From assembly GCA_965279375.1 (NCBI GenBank), contig OZ257156.1, positions 832,001 through 896,000 of the forward strand: 64,000 nucleotides of DNA, written 5' to 3'. The translations under genes and the position numbers were made by a program. This DNA comes from Gemmatimonas sp. GTDB taxonomy: Bacteria > Gemmatimonadota > Gemmatimonadetes > Gemmatimonadales > Gemmatimonadaceae. Shown here one piece after another: positions 49,101 through 58,586 of the stretch; the first letter of the stretch is position 1; every line of letters starts with the position of its first letter. The notes beneath the pieces are model-generated. The model saw only the letters and a list, made by a program, of their open reading frames with translations. It was not told the origin of the DNA and did no database searches.

Positions 49101-50640
49101 GGGCAGCATCGAAGCGGACAAGCTCGCGGATCTCATCGTGCTCGACCGCGATCCACTCGCGGACATCCGCAACACCACCGCCATTCGCTACGTGATGGCC
49201 AACGGCGTGCTCTACGACGGAGAAACGCTCGATCGCGTCTCGCCCACGGTGGCTGCGCTCCCCGCGCCGTGGTGGCGCGCCGATGCCCCCGCTGTCGGAG
49301 GCACCCCCTTCAACGAAGCCGCCGTCGATCAGGTGGTGCTCTCCGAAATGCGTCGTCAGCAAAGCCCCGGAATCGGCGTCGCCGTCATCAAGGGCGATCG
49401 CGTGCTGATGTCCAAGGGCTATGGCATGGCGAATGTCGAGCAGCAGATGCCCGTCACCGCCGAAACCATGTTCGAGTCAGGGTCGGTGGGAAAGATGTTC
49501 ACTGCGGCCGGCATCATGGCCTTGGTGGAGGAGCAGAAGATCGCGCTCGACTCGTCGGTGCGGCGCTACCTGCCAGACGCACCAGCGGCCTGGCAGCCCA
49601 TCACGATTCGTCACCTGCTCTCGCACACGTCAGGCATCCCCGACTACACCGGCGATGCGATGGACTATCGGCGCGACTACACGGAGGCGCAGCTCGCGTC
49701 GATGGCGTTCGCCATGCCGCTCGAGTTCCCCCCGGGCACGCGCTGGAATTACAGCAACACGGGCTACGTGATGCTCGGCGCGATCATCAGCCGCCTCACT
49801 GGCGCGCCCTACTGGCAGTATCTGCGATCGCGGATCTTCACACCCGCCGGCATGACGTCGGTGCGCATCATCTCCGAAGCAGACATCGTACCGCGGCGCG
49901 CGTCGGGGTACCTGCCGAGTGCGTCAGGGTTCGTACACCAGAGCTGGGTCTCACCCTCGCTCAACACCACGGCGGATGGCTCGCTGCTGATCAGCGTGCG
50001 CGACTTTGTGGCGTGGAACGCCGTCGTGCGTGACACGCGCGTACTGTCGAAAGAGAGTTGGGAGTCGCTCCTCACGCCGATCAAGCTGAACAGCGGTCGT
50101 ACGCACCCGTACGGATTCGGCTGGTTCCTCGACTCGCTCAACAATCAGCGCGTGGTTCAGCACGGCGGATCGTGGCAGGGGTTCCGCACGCAATTCACGC
50201 GCTTCGAGGGGAGCGATCTCGCCGTGGTGGTGCTCTCCAACTCCGGCGCGGTGCGGCCGGACGAGATCGCCAATCGTATCGCGGCCGCGGTCGACACCGC
50301 ACTGACGCCGCCACCCACGCCATCCGTCGCCATCGCCGATGGCAACCCTGCCACCACCGCGATGGTGCGCACCGTGCTGCTCAAGACGGCGCGCGGTGAA
50401 CTCGCGGTAAGCGATTTCGAGTTCGTTCGCGCCACGACGGTCCCACGCATGGGCGCTGCCTACGCGCGTATGCTGCAGCCGCTCGGCGCGCTTACGCGAC
50501 TCGATCTGCTCTCTACCGGCAATGTGGCCGACGACCGCACCTTCACGTATCGTGCCGTCTACGCCGAGGGCGTGGTAATGGTGAACGCACGCACGGGGCC
50601 CAACGGTGGCCTCACGAGCCTGCAGCTCAGCAGGCCGTAG
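46132..50640 (+). CDS. Secreted PD40 beta-propeller + amidohydrolase + beta-lactamase-like serine hydrolase fusion
   Basis: EGTWMSLD, P.[YW]SPDG repeats; MPGIVDAHAH, GVTTIRDP, GSIE..KLADL; then FESGSVGK (SxxK), LLSHTSG, YSNTGY, HGG. Confidence 0.88.
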   Translation: MTTRCGTSLKAMLVAGLFAAVARADAQRTVSFTTTEGTWMSLDAAPNGRGLAFELLGDIYTLPMEGGSATPILTGTAFQSQPRYSPDGSRLTFVSDGSGGDNVWIAAADGSGARALSTFRRAIVNSPVWAADGQAIYATVLEGRTADLWRFDVKTGAGTKVIANANGPAAPLVSSPGPGPYSAHVTADGRFLYYSSVTPRPYGSRLGASSMLMRRDIAGGRDEPVVVEEPMAMAPVVSHDGHWLVYAAQSRGQTGLRLRDLRTASERWLAWPMQRNELESRAARDVLPGYALTPDDRAVLVAFGGKIHRIDIATGADVVVPFAATYATTIPDAQRSSWRASSDSVRGRFAQHAAVSADGRVAFSMFASLYVAPTRTGAPGRITTTAQPREFMPAWSPDGRWLAYVIWGPEGGHLFKVRASGGAPVRLSDAPALWMDPVWSADGRHLYALHAPLGTAHAQPLPLPTDAMLVRISADGGAVVSLAPAQGMRHPHFSRDSARLWFSSPQGLGSVAVNGTDRRLHTRAPVGAGPAGSPLASDLRISPDGRWVAMHASDRVWVQPLPTLSDSAPAVLDFRAATDVSGPATTGMAWSPDGAQLSWITGSTVHTRVMSLSGTPATANATTNAATSATTTNRSLAVTRPRATPRGTVVLRGARVITMRGDTVIDNADVVVTDNRIVSVGARAATTAAGARVIDVTGKTIMPGIVDAHAHWAVRRELLEPEAPSLYANLAFGVTTIRDPQTFAEIFAYSDLVEATGLPSPRIFSTGPGLFAETDFKSLDDARRTLTRYRDDYGTHLIKSYMVGNRQQRQWVAQASRELGLLTTTEGGADTKMDLTHTLDGFFGNEHAFPNAPLYEDIVQLAARSGIHYTPTLLVSFGGALPIYRLLAQERPFDDPKLNRFFPRSELYQRTATRLLAFPSEDYNDRETSAGARDILRAGGRVSLGGHGEMQGLQVHWEMRLLAQSGLTPHEVLRVATLNSAAAIGLDRDLGSIEADKLADLIVLDRDPLADIRNTTAIRYVMANGVLYDGETLDRVSPTVAALPAPWWRADAPAVGGTPFNEAAVDQVVLSEMRRQQSPGIGVAVIKGDRVLMSKGYGMANVEQQMPVTAETMFESGSVGKMFTAAGIMALVEEQKIALDSSVRRYLPDAPAAWQPITIRHLLSHTSGIPDYTGDAMDYRRDYTEAQLASMAFAMPLEFPPGTRWNYSNTGYVMLGAIISRLTGAPYWQYLRSRIFTPAGMTSVRIISEADIVPRRASGYLPSASGFVHQSWVSPSLNTTADGSLLISVRDFVAWNAVVRDTRVLSKESWESLLTPIKLNSGRTHPYGFGWFLDSLNNQRVVQHGGSWQGFRTQFTRFEGSDLAVVVLSNSGAVRPDEIANRIAAAVDTALTPPPTPSVAIADGNPATTAMVRTVLLKTARGELAVSDFEFVRATTVPRMGAAYARMLQPLGALTRLDLLSTGNVADDRTFTYRAVYAEGVVMVNARTGPNGGLTSLQLSRP

Positions 50641-50647
50641 CGCGTCG

Positions 50648-52243
50648 CTAACGAGGCCTGGGGTCGGGGCGCCGAATCGTGCGTCCCGGCCGCGCGCCGG
50701 TGAGTGCGCCATCGCGAATGACCGCCACGCCGTTCACGAAGAGCTGGGTCACGCCTTCCGCATAGTGATGCGGGTCGGTGAAGGTGGCCCTATCGATGAA
50801 TCGCGCGCGATCGAAGACCACCAGATCGGCCACCATGCCGCGGCGCACGATGCCACGATCGGATAACCCCAATGTGCGCGCGGGAACGCTCGTCATCTTG
50901 GAAATCGCCGACTCGAACGACAGCAGCTGTCGTTCGCCCACGTACCGCGCGATGACGCGCGGAAACGCGCCGTAGCTGCGCGGATGCGGAAAGCCGACGC
51001 CCGGTGTGACGAGATCGCCGTCCGTCGACACCATCGACGCCGGATGACGCAGAAACGCTTCGATGTCGCGCTCGCTCATCGCCTCGACGATGCCGGTGAA
51101 TCCGCCGTCGCGTTGCAGCGTGATCAGCGCGTCGATGATCGCGTCTACCGACTCCGGAACGCCGCGCGTTGCGAGGTAGTCTGCCAGCGTACGCCCCTGC
51201 AATGCAGGCATCGATGGAATCGTGCGAAAGCGAACGCTCGACGCCGTGCCACCGGTTTGCGCCGCGAAGATGGGGCGCATCTCCGCACGTAGCCGACGCA
51301 ACGTGGTCGAATCCGTCAGGCGCGCACGCACCGAGTCGGCACCATCGGCCAGCGCCCACGCCGGGAACAGCACGTCGGAGTAGGTGCTGTAGGCGGGATA
51401 CGGATACACGTCGAACGAGATGCGTTGACCCCGCGCATTGAGCGAATCCAAGCCGCGCAGCACCGCCGTGCTCTTGCCCCAGTTGTTCGCCCCCGTGCTT
51501 TTTATGTGGCTGATATGCACCGGCTGCCCCGAACTGCGCCCCACGTCCACCGCCTCGGCGATGGCATACTCCAGCGCGGCCCCTTCATCGCGTAGATGCG
51601 TTACGTAGAGCGAACCGGGACGCTTGGCCGCGCGCGCCAGCGCCACCAACTCCGCGCGTTCGGCATAGACGGCCGGGATGTACTCCAGCCCCGTGCCCAA
51701 TCCGAACGCGCCATCATCCATCGCCTCGGCTACCAGCGTTCGCATCCGCACCAACTCCTCCGCCGTCGGCGCGCGGTTCTCGCGCCCCATCACCCGACTG
51801 CGCACCCACGTGTGCCCTGCCGTCCACATCGTGTTGGGCGCAACGCGCAGCGTGTCGAGAAACGCGCCCAACGGATACGGCTGATCGAGACTGTGCAGGC
51901 TGTTGAAGATCGTCGTGATCCCTTGGCGCAGAAAATTCTCGGCGTCGGGATGCTCGGCTATCGTGGTGATGTGCGCATGCGGGTCGATGAACCCCGGCGC
52001 GATGATCTGTCCCGTGGCATCGACGATGCGCGTGCTCGCACCCGCGGCAATGCGCGGCGCCACGGCGCTGATGCGTCCACCGCGCACCGCCACATCGGCA
52101 CGACGCGCCGGCGCACCCGTGCCGTCCACGACCGTACCGCCGCGCAGAATGAAATCCGGCGGGGTTTGCGCGCTCGCGGCAGACCCGCTCAACGCAATCA
52201 GCGCAACCCAGATCGCTGAGCGTCGTACGCGAAGGGCCCTCAC
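50648..52243 (-). CDS. D-aminoacylase-like amidohydrolase, exported
   Basis: VVDGTG, APGFIDPHAH, GLEYIP, THLRDE, HISHIK, DVYPY, HPRSYG.FPR, ADLVVFD; GTGA overlap with the DinB gene. Confidence 0.9.
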   Translation of the reverse strand: MRALRVRRSAIWVALIALSGSAASAQTPPDFILRGGTVVDGTGAPARRADVAVRGGRISAVAPRIAAGASTRIVDATGQIIAPGFIDPHAHITTIAEHPDAENFLRQGITTIFNSLHSLDQPYPLGAFLDTLRVAPNTMWTAGHTWVRSRVMGRENRAPTAEELVRMRTLVAEAMDDGAFGLGTGLEYIPAVYAERAELVALARAAKRPGSLYVTHLRDEGAALEYAIAEAVDVGRSSGQPVHISHIKSTGANNWGKSTAVLRGLDSLNARGQRISFDVYPYPAYSTYSDVLFPAWALADGADSVRARLTDSTTLRRLRAEMRPIFAAQTGGTASSVRFRTIPSMPALQGRTLADYLATRGVPESVDAIIDALITLQRDGGFTGIVEAMSERDIEAFLRHPASMVSTDGDLVTPGVGFPHPRSYGAFPRVIARYVGERQLLSFESAISKMTSVPARTLGLSDRGIVRRGMVADLVVFDRARFIDRATFTDPHHYAEGVTQLFVNGVAVIRDGALTGARPGRTIRRPDPRPR

Positions 52244-52743
52244 GCGCTCGCCTTGTCCATCCACACATCCCACGTCACCCCGCCGATCTCCTCATCATCG
52301 AACGCTCGCCCCACCTGCTTGAGCGCCAGCTTGATCTGCCCGTGATGGTATCCCTCGTGCCAGATGAAGTGCTGAAGCAGCAGAATCGGATGATCGTAGT
52401 GCCGGTCCATGTCACGTCGCTCGGCCAACCGACGCACCACGGCCGAACGCACCGTCGCTGCACTCTCGTTCAACCACTGCGTCATGCGCGCGCGATCCCG
52501 CTCTTGCCGCCACTCCCCGTCCGGCATCGCCGTCGCCGATTCGGGTGCGTCCTCCTGCACAAAGATCAGCCGGCAGTAGTGCATGTGCATGAACAGTCCG
52601 CCGATGGACGGACTCGTGGGCGTCGGCCGCAGATCCAGCGCGTCCTCGGGAAGCGCGTGGAGCAGGTTCACGAGAATCGTGTTGTTGCGATCCCACGAAT
52701 CCAGCAGCGCCGCGAGCAGCGCGTCATAGTCGCGATCGGACAT
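52240..52743 (-). CDS. DinB family protein
   Basis: SI...F.HMH, HEGYHHGQI metal-binding His pattern. Confidence 0.85.
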   Translation of the reverse strand: MSDRDYDALLAALLDSWDRNNTILVNLLHALPEDALDLRPTPTSPSIGGLFMHMHYCRLIFVQEDAPESATAMPDGEWRQERDRARMTQWLNESAATVRSAVVRRLAERRDMDRHYDHPILLLQHFIWHEGYHHGQIKLALKQVGRAFDDEEIGGVTWDVWMDKASA

Positions 52744-52826
52744 CGGTTCGGAATCCTCGCCTGTACGTGGAGATGACGATGGCGTGCCTCGCGAACGCTG
52801 CTTCCTCCCGACGCGTGGCGCAACGC

Positions 52827-52861
52827 AAAACTGGCCCCGGCGATATGCTCGCCGAGGCCAG
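52827..52861 (-). terminator. Probable intrinsic terminator downstream of deaD
   Basis: Stem ctggccccggcga / tcgccgaggccag with AAAA on the plus strand (UUUU on minus). Confidence 0.65.
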
Positions 52862-52905
52862 GCTGGTGCTACGTCACGATCAACTGTCTCGCGCTTGCCG
52901 GCAAA

Positions 52906-54633
52906 CTAGGCCCGGTCGCGCCGTACCAGAATGCGCCGACCCTTGATGGTCGTGCTGCGCAACGCCGTGATGATGTCCTCGGCGATCTCCTCCGGCACTT
53001 CCACGGTCGAGTAGCCATCGGCGATCTGGATCGCACCGATCACACCGGCGTCGATGCCGACTTCGTTGGCGATCGCACCCACGAGATCACCCGGACGCAG
53101 CTTCGCCTTCCGGCCAGCGCCAACCCACAGCTTGGCCACGGCCCACTCGGGCGACGCGCCCTTGGGCGCCTTGCCGCGCGGGGCACGCTCGCCACGCTCC
53201 GGAGCGCCTTCACGACGCGGACGCTCTGCACGCTCGGCACGAGCGGGCCGGTCGTCGCCGCGCGGGCGTTCCGGCTTGGGAGCGACGGTCGGGATTTCAT
53301 CCTCGTCCGTGTCTTCCCGAGCTTCCAGCAACTTCACGGCCGCCGCAGCGATGTCCATGACGTCGAACTCTTCCGCCAACGACTCGCAAATGCCGCGGAA
53401 GTGATCGAGCCCGCCGTCGAGAATCGCTTCCCGCAGCGACGCCCGCGCCAACTCCAGTCGCTTGGACTTGAGATCAGCCACCGTTGGTACGGTCGCAATC
53501 TCGATCCGCTGCGACGTCATCCGCTCGATGTTGCGCAGCAACCGATGCTCACGCGGCTCGGCCAGCGTGATCGCCACGCCCTCGCGACCCGCACGTCCCG
53601 TGCGACCGATGCGGTGCACATACGCTTCTGCATCCGCCGGCACGTCGAAGTTCACCACGTGCGACACATGCTTCACGTCGAGTCCACGGGCAGCAACGTC
53701 CGTCGCGATGAGGAGATCCGTCTTTTTTGCACGGAACTTCTGCATCACGCGATCGCGCTGATCCTGGCTCAGGCCGCCATGCAACGCGTCGGCGCGCATC
53801 CCGCGCGCAGCCAGCGTTTCCGACAGCTCGTCCACTTCAGTGCGCGTGCGGCAGAAGACAATCGCCGACGTCGGATGCTCGAGATCGAGCACGCGAGCGA
53901 GCGCGGCCATCTTGTGTGCGCGCGGCACCATGTACGCCACCTGACGGACACGCGCCGACTCACCCGCCGGCACCACTTCACGATCGATCGTGACGGTGAC
54001 TGGGTTCTGCAGCTGGCGACGTGCGATCGACACGATGCGAGACGGCAGCGTCGCTGAAAACAGCGCCGTCTGCCGAGTCTTGGGCGTCGCGGCGAGAATC
54101 GCTTCCAGATCCTCGGCGAAGCCCATGTCCAGCATTTCGTCCGCTTCGTCGAGCACGACCGTGCGCACGCTCTTGAGATTGAGCGTACCGCGGTTGATGT
54201 GATCGAGCGCGCGTCCCGGGGTCGCAATCACCACGTCGACGCCGCGCTTGAGAGCGCGGATCTGCGTGTCCATGGATGCGCCACCATATACAGGCAGCGC
54301 CTGCACGCCCAGCGGCTTGCCGTAGCGATGCACCGCTTCGGCCACCTGCATGGCGAGCTCGCGCGTGGGCACGAGAATGAGCGCGGCCGTGCGTTCGCGC
54401 GGCAGTGCGTTCGGGTTGAGTCGGCTCAGCAGTGGCAGCGAAAACGCCGCCGTCTTGCCCGTGCCGGTGGCTGCCTGCGCCAACACGTCACGTCCTTCCA
54501 GCAGCGGCGGAATGGCTGCGCGCTGAACTGGGGTGGGCTCTTCATATCCAAGCGCGGCGAGTGCCGCCACGACGCGCGGGTCCAGTCCGAGTGCCGAGAA
54601 ACCCGTCTCGGTCTCCTGCGGGGCCCCGGTCAC
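52906..54633 (-). CDS. deaD: DEAD-box RNA helicase with DbpA-type RNA-binding domain
   Basis: Q motif, ATGTGKT, PTRELA, TPGR, DEAD, SAT, HRIGRTGRAG, C-terminal GDLVGAIANE. Confidence 0.93.
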   Translation of the reverse strand: MTGAPQETETGFSALGLDPRVVAALAALGYEEPTPVQRAAIPPLLEGRDVLAQAATGTGKTAAFSLPLLSRLNPNALPRERTAALILVPTRELAMQVAEAVHRYGKPLGVQALPVYGGASMDTQIRALKRGVDVVIATPGRALDHINRGTLNLKSVRTVVLDEADEMLDMGFAEDLEAILAATPKTRQTALFSATLPSRIVSIARRQLQNPVTVTIDREVVPAGESARVRQVAYMVPRAHKMAALARVLDLEHPTSAIVFCRTRTEVDELSETLAARGMRADALHGGLSQDQRDRVMQKFRAKKTDLLIATDVAARGLDVKHVSHVVNFDVPADAEAYVHRIGRTGRAGREGVAITLAEPREHRLLRNIERMTSQRIEIATVPTVADLKSKRLELARASLREAILDGGLDHFRGICESLAEEFDVMDIAAAAVKLLEAREDTDEDEIPTVAPKPERPRGDDRPARAERAERPRREGAPERGERAPRGKAPKGASPEWAVAKLWVGAGRKAKLRPGDLVGAIANEVGIDAGVIGAIQIADGYSTVEVPEEIAEDIITALRSTTIKGRRILVRRDRA

Positions 54634-55067
54634 GTCACCTGGAGCAATTCGTCCATCAACGTGAAGACCGCCGCACGGGACACGGGATTCTTCATCGCGC
54701 CGAAGCCGATCGCCAAGCGATCGTTCTCTTCAAGTACTTCGCGCGAGCACGCGTTGATCGCTTCACGAGCGGTCTGCAGCGCTTCGTCCGGCAACACCGA
54801 CGACGCACGCGGAAGCAACTCGATCTTTGGGCCACTGCCGCGCATGGGGCGCGCCGCCCAGAACACCATGTTCGAACCGATACGCTGGAAGCTCACCACT
54901 CCCTTCGCTGATTCATCATCCCGGAATCGCAGCAACTCCGGTCGGGCCAGGCTCCACTCGATCATGGCGTCGAGTACAGCGGTATAGCGTGGCCGATCGG
55001 ATCCTGCAGTATCCCGGTTCATCGCGGTGATGAACGCGTCTCGGGCCGTGGGCAACGTACGGGTCAT
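54630..55067 (-). CDS. Hypothetical protein translationally coupled to deaD
   Basis: Strong AAGGAGGAG RBS; GTGA overlap with the deaD start. Confidence 0.8.
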   Translation of the reverse strand: MTRTLPTARDAFITAMNRDTAGSDRPRYTAVLDAMIEWSLARPELLRFRDDESAKGVVSFQRIGSNMVFWAARPMRGSGPKIELLPRASSVLPDEALQTAREAINACSREVLEENDRLAIGFGAMKNPVSRAAVFTLMDELLQVT

Positions 55068-55160
55068 GAACTCCTCCTTTTCTTGAATATAGCCGGTTCC
55101 GAGGCACGAAGCGCCCGAACGTATCCCGTCGGTCCGCTCGCGACGGCATATCTTTCGCTC

Positions 55161-55622
55161 ATGTCCGACGAAACGAGCCCGCTTCCATTCGAAATCCGGC
55201 CTTCGCCCATTCAGGGTGCCGGCGCCTATGCCACCAGCGTGATACCGGCGGGCACGCGCCTCATCGAATACACCGGTGAACGCCTGACGCCGGCCGCGGC
55301 CGAGGCCCGCTATCCCGACTCAGCGAACGAGCGGCACCATACGTATCTCTTCGCCATCGATGATGAAGTCGTCGTCGATGCCGCGGTGAATGGCAACGAG
55401 GCGCGGTTTCTCAACCATTCGTGTGCGCCCAACTGCGATGCGGTGATCGAGGACGGTCGTATCTGGCTCGAAACGATTCACGACATCGAGGTCGGCGAGG
55501 AACTGGTGTACGACTACGCCTACGTCCTCGCGGAGCGGCACACGCCAGCCGCGAAGAAGCGCTACCCGTGCCGTTGCGGTGCCATCACCTGTCGCGGCAC
55601 TATTCTCGCGAAGAAGCGGTAA
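55161..55622 (+). CDS. SET domain protein-lysine methyltransferase with post-SET Cys motif
   Basis: S.I.G.G..A, EYTGE, ARFLNHSCAPN, GEELVYDY, CRCGAITCRG. Confidence 0.93.
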   Translation: MSDETSPLPFEIRPSPIQGAGAYATSVIPAGTRLIEYTGERLTPAAAEARYPDSANERHHTYLFAIDDEVVVDAAVNGNEARFLNHSCAPNCDAVIEDGRIWLETIHDIEVGEELVYDYAYVLAERHTPAAKKRYPCRCGAITCRGTILAKKR

Positions 55623-55657
55623 GCAGCACCGAGTCGGTCAACCTTGTTGGAGGTCCT

Positions 55658-56212
55658 ATGCGGCTGTTGGTCTCGGCGTTTTCGCTGATCGTGGTCAGTT
55701 CAGCGTTCGGCAGCACCCTCTCGGCGCAGGTGGCGCGACCGCGCCCCAGCCCGTTCCTGCAGGACTCCATCCGCACGGCCACCATCGCGGAAGTGATGAA
55801 GTCCATCGCCGGACGCGAAAACGAGCCCGCAGGCAAGGTCTTCAAGAACGTCCTGCTGCATAAGGACATGCCCGCCAAGGACTTCCTCAAGAAGATGGAC
55901 GAGGAATACGGTCGCGGCGTCGGCTCGGTGTGCAGCAACTGCCATGTCCCGGGCGAGTGGGACAAGGACGACAAGAAGAACAAGACGATCACGCGCGACA
56001 TGGAAAAGATGACGCGCGTCATCAACGAAGCGCACCTCGCCAAGCAGAAGGATCTCGACGAGGACTACCCCAAGGCCACGTGCGTCCTCTGCCACCGCGG
56101 CACGCTGCACCCGCCCAACACGCTCCCCAAGCCGACGCGTGACACGCCGCCGGCTGAGCAGCGCGGTCGTCCCACGCCACCGCCTCCCGGCGCGCCGACT
56201 TCGTATCGCTGA
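55658..56212 (+). CDS. Secreted dihaem c-type cytochrome (reaction-centre cytochrome c family-like fragment)
   Basis: GGAGG RBS; signal peptide; VFKNV, CSNCH and CVLCH. Confidence 0.85.
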   Translation: MRLLVSAFSLIVVSSAFGSTLSAQVARPRPSPFLQDSIRTATIAEVMKSIAGRENEPAGKVFKNVLLHKDMPAKDFLKKMDEEYGRGVGSVCSNCHVPGEWDKDDKKNKTITRDMEKMTRVINEAHLAKQKDLDEDYPKATCVLCHRGTLHPPNTLPKPTRDTPPAEQRGRPTPPPPGAPTSYR

Positions 56213-56256
56213 ACCAACCGCTCCTCACGGCTGCGCGACGCAGCCGCTGAACGCGA

Positions 56257-56292
56257 AACGGGCGCCCTCTCATCGGGGCGCCCGTTCTGTTT
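56257..56292. terminator. Probable (bidirectional) intrinsic terminator
   Basis: 11-bp perfect stem aacgggcgccc / gggcgcccgtt followed by ctgttt, between convergent genes. Confidence 0.8.
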
Positions 56293-56310
56293 CCGCTGCC
56301 ACCGCGAGCG

Positions 56311-57363
56311 TCAGCGCACGTTCACGATCACAGTACGCACCGCGTTGTTGCCGTAGCCCAACCGGTTCCACTCGATCGCGTCGGGTTGGCTGGCACCGGA
56401 CGCGTCGGTCGCACGGCAGCGCAGCGTGACGCGACGCTCCCCAGGCAGTACGACCGCGCACTCCCACGGTGTCCACGCATGCGCCGACACCGGCGCACCG
56501 ACCACACCCTCGCACCAGCGGTCGCCGCCATCCACGCCGACCTCGACCCGCGTGATGGCGCCGTACCCCGACCACGCCCATCCGCGTACGATCACCTCGC
56601 GGTCACAGCCAGAACCGTCCGCGGGAGTCGTGATGATCGACTTCACACGCATGCGGTCCACCGGCGTGATCTCGCCGGCCACATCGTACACATAGCGCTG
56701 TCGCTGGAAATAGCCACCGAATGGAGCGCGGATCGCCTCGATCGCACGCACCCACTTCACGCTGGCCATCCCGTACCAGCCGGGGACGACGAGTCGCACC
56801 GGGGCACCGTGCATGGGCGAGAGCGGTGCGCCGTTCATGCCGAGTGCGAGGAGTGTGTCCGGATGCAGCGCCTCATGGACCGGCATCGAGCGCGCGAAGG
56901 TGACGGGTCCGTCCGCATCCTCGCGCGGTCCGTGGTCGGCGGCACTCACGACCAGCTCGACCGCATCGTCGGCGACGCGCGCACGCTCCAGCAACAGCCG
57001 CAATGGCACACCTGTCCAGGTCGCCGTACTGACCGCGCCGCGCTTCCACGGCTCACCCTCGGGCAACGGGTGCATACCTAGCCGATCGTTGCCGGCGCAC
57101 TCCATGGTCACCGTCACCGTGTGCTGCGGGAGCGCGCGCAGTTCGGCGACGCCGAGCGTGAACGGCGCGTGCATGGCGCCACCGATGGCGATGATGTGCG
57201 AGTCATCGAGGGACGGCACGGCGAAGTTGGTGCGCACGTAGACGTTCGCCGACGACGTGACCGGGACTACGAGTGCGGGATCGGGCGTTTCGGCGTTGAA
57301 CGGGAACTGGCGAATGACCTCGAGCGCGGGCTCCACGGCGCGCGTCGTGCCGCCGTCATTCAC
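56311..57363 (-). CDS. Sulfite oxidase family molybdoenzyme
   Basis: PFNAET, YVR.NF, MECAGN.R, W.GV.L, MNG.PL...HG.P.RLVVPGWYG.ASVKW, GWAWSG, WN.LGY.NN; GTGA overlap with patatin. Confidence 0.92.
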   Translation of the reverse strand: MNDGGTTRAVEPALEVIRQFPFNAETPDPALVVPVTSSANVYVRTNFAVPSLDDSHIIAIGGAMHAPFTLGVAELRALPQHTVTVTMECAGNDRLGMHPLPEGEPWKRGAVSTATWTGVPLRLLLERARVADDAVELVVSAADHGPREDADGPVTFARSMPVHEALHPDTLLALGMNGAPLSPMHGAPVRLVVPGWYGMASVKWVRAIEAIRAPFGGYFQRQRYVYDVAGEITPVDRMRVKSIITTPADGSGCDREVIVRGWAWSGYGAITRVEVGVDGGDRWCEGVVGAPVSAHAWTPWECAVVLPGERRVTLRCRATDASGASQPDAIEWNRLGYGNNAVRTVIVNVR

Positions 57364-58547
57364 TGCGGCTCCCGAGCGGGGCGCGCGAAGGCGCTCGGCA
57401 GTGAATCCCACGGATTCGCTCCCTGCGCCTTCGCAAAACCAAACTCGTCGAGGCGCTGCATGAAGCCTCTATCGAACAGCTTGTCGCCGCCGGGTTCGAG
57501 CGCCAGCCACGCCGGCGGCAGTGCCACCTTCACATCCACGCGCAGCCCCGGCACCAACGCACTCACGGCGCGTGAGAGGTCAGTCAGCGCGGTCAACGAC
57601 TGCGGCTGATGCGAATAGAAGAGCATCGCCGTCGATCGCGAGCTCATCGCGCCGCGACGTGACGCCGGAATCACTCTTGATTCCGGATGCGACCAGAGGT
57701 TCATCACCACCCAGATGCGCACGGTGACGTCGCGCATCCCCTTCGCCGCCAGCCGATCTGCGAGCAGGCGATAGTCGTCGAAGGTGAGCACCGGCAGGAT
57801 GTTGGCGATCACGCCGCCGTCCGCGTGCACATGCCCGTCGATGACGACCGGAGGGAAGATACCGGGAATCGCCGTCGCCGCCTTGAGCAGCATGCGCGTG
57901 CGCTGCAGCGACACTTCCGTGGTGTCGAGCGCCTCGGTCATCGCCCACGTGCGACCGATCCCCAGATCGAAGTCGGCCGTGCCGAACAGCAGCTGCCGAT
58001 CTTCCTTCAGCGCCGCCCGCACCTGCGCACCGAACTGCCCGTCGATGGTCTTCTCCAACGTACGGTCGTAGCGCGCGGTGTTGACCAACCCGCCGGTGCG
58101 ACGGAAGAGAAAGAGCCAATCGATGGACGGCGCGATCTCTTCGGCAGCACGCGCGTACGTGGCGGAAATGCTGTCGATCGCGGCCTGTGTACCCAGCAAC
58201 GCATACGGCGCCTGCAGCGCGCCGGTACTGATCCCCGTGACCATGTCGAAGCGCGGCATCGGTGCATCGGCACGCGTGCGCCAGCCACGCAGAAAGCCCA
58301 CGCCGAACGCGCCGTTCTGCCCGCCGCCCGAGAGCATGAGCACATCCAGCGTCCGATCACCACGCGCCTGTGCCCGTCGCACCAGGCGCTCGATGACGGT
58401 GTCCCGCGCGGCGCGTTCCGCGCTGCGCGCGCTGACCGCGTCGGCTTCGAGCTGTGGCAGCGTCGTCTGTGGCCGCCGATTGACTGCGCAGGCTGAGAGG
58501 TTCGTGGCCGCAGCGAGTGCGAGAATTGAAAGAGCGCAGGGACGCAT
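57360..58547 (-). CDS. Patatin-like phospholipase lipoprotein
   Basis: Lipobox LSAC; LSGGGQNGAF, GISTG, IPGIFPP, DGG. Confidence 0.9.
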   Translation of the reverse strand: MRPCALSILALAAATNLSACAVNRRPQTTLPQLEADAVSARSAERAARDTVIERLVRRAQARGDRTLDVLMLSGGGQNGAFGVGFLRGWRTRADAPMPRFDMVTGISTGALQAPYALLGTQAAIDSISATYARAAEEIAPSIDWLFLFRRTGGLVNTARYDRTLEKTIDGQFGAQVRAALKEDRQLLFGTADFDLGIGRTWAMTEALDTTEVSLQRTRMLLKAATAIPGIFPPVVIDGHVHADGGVIANILPVLTFDDYRLLADRLAAKGMRDVTVRIWVVMNLWSHPESRVIPASRRGAMSSRSTAMLFYSHQPQSLTALTDLSRAVSALVPGLRVDVKVALPPAWLALEPGGDKLFDRGFMQRLDEFGFAKAQGANPWDSLPSAFARPAREPQ

Positions 58548-58586
58548 TGTCTCGAAGAATCGGGCGCGAACGCCGCGGGATGTGGT

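Noticed and set aside
55658..56212. Photosynthesis gene cluster
   Set aside because: Only two haem motifs and no puf/bch genes in the window.
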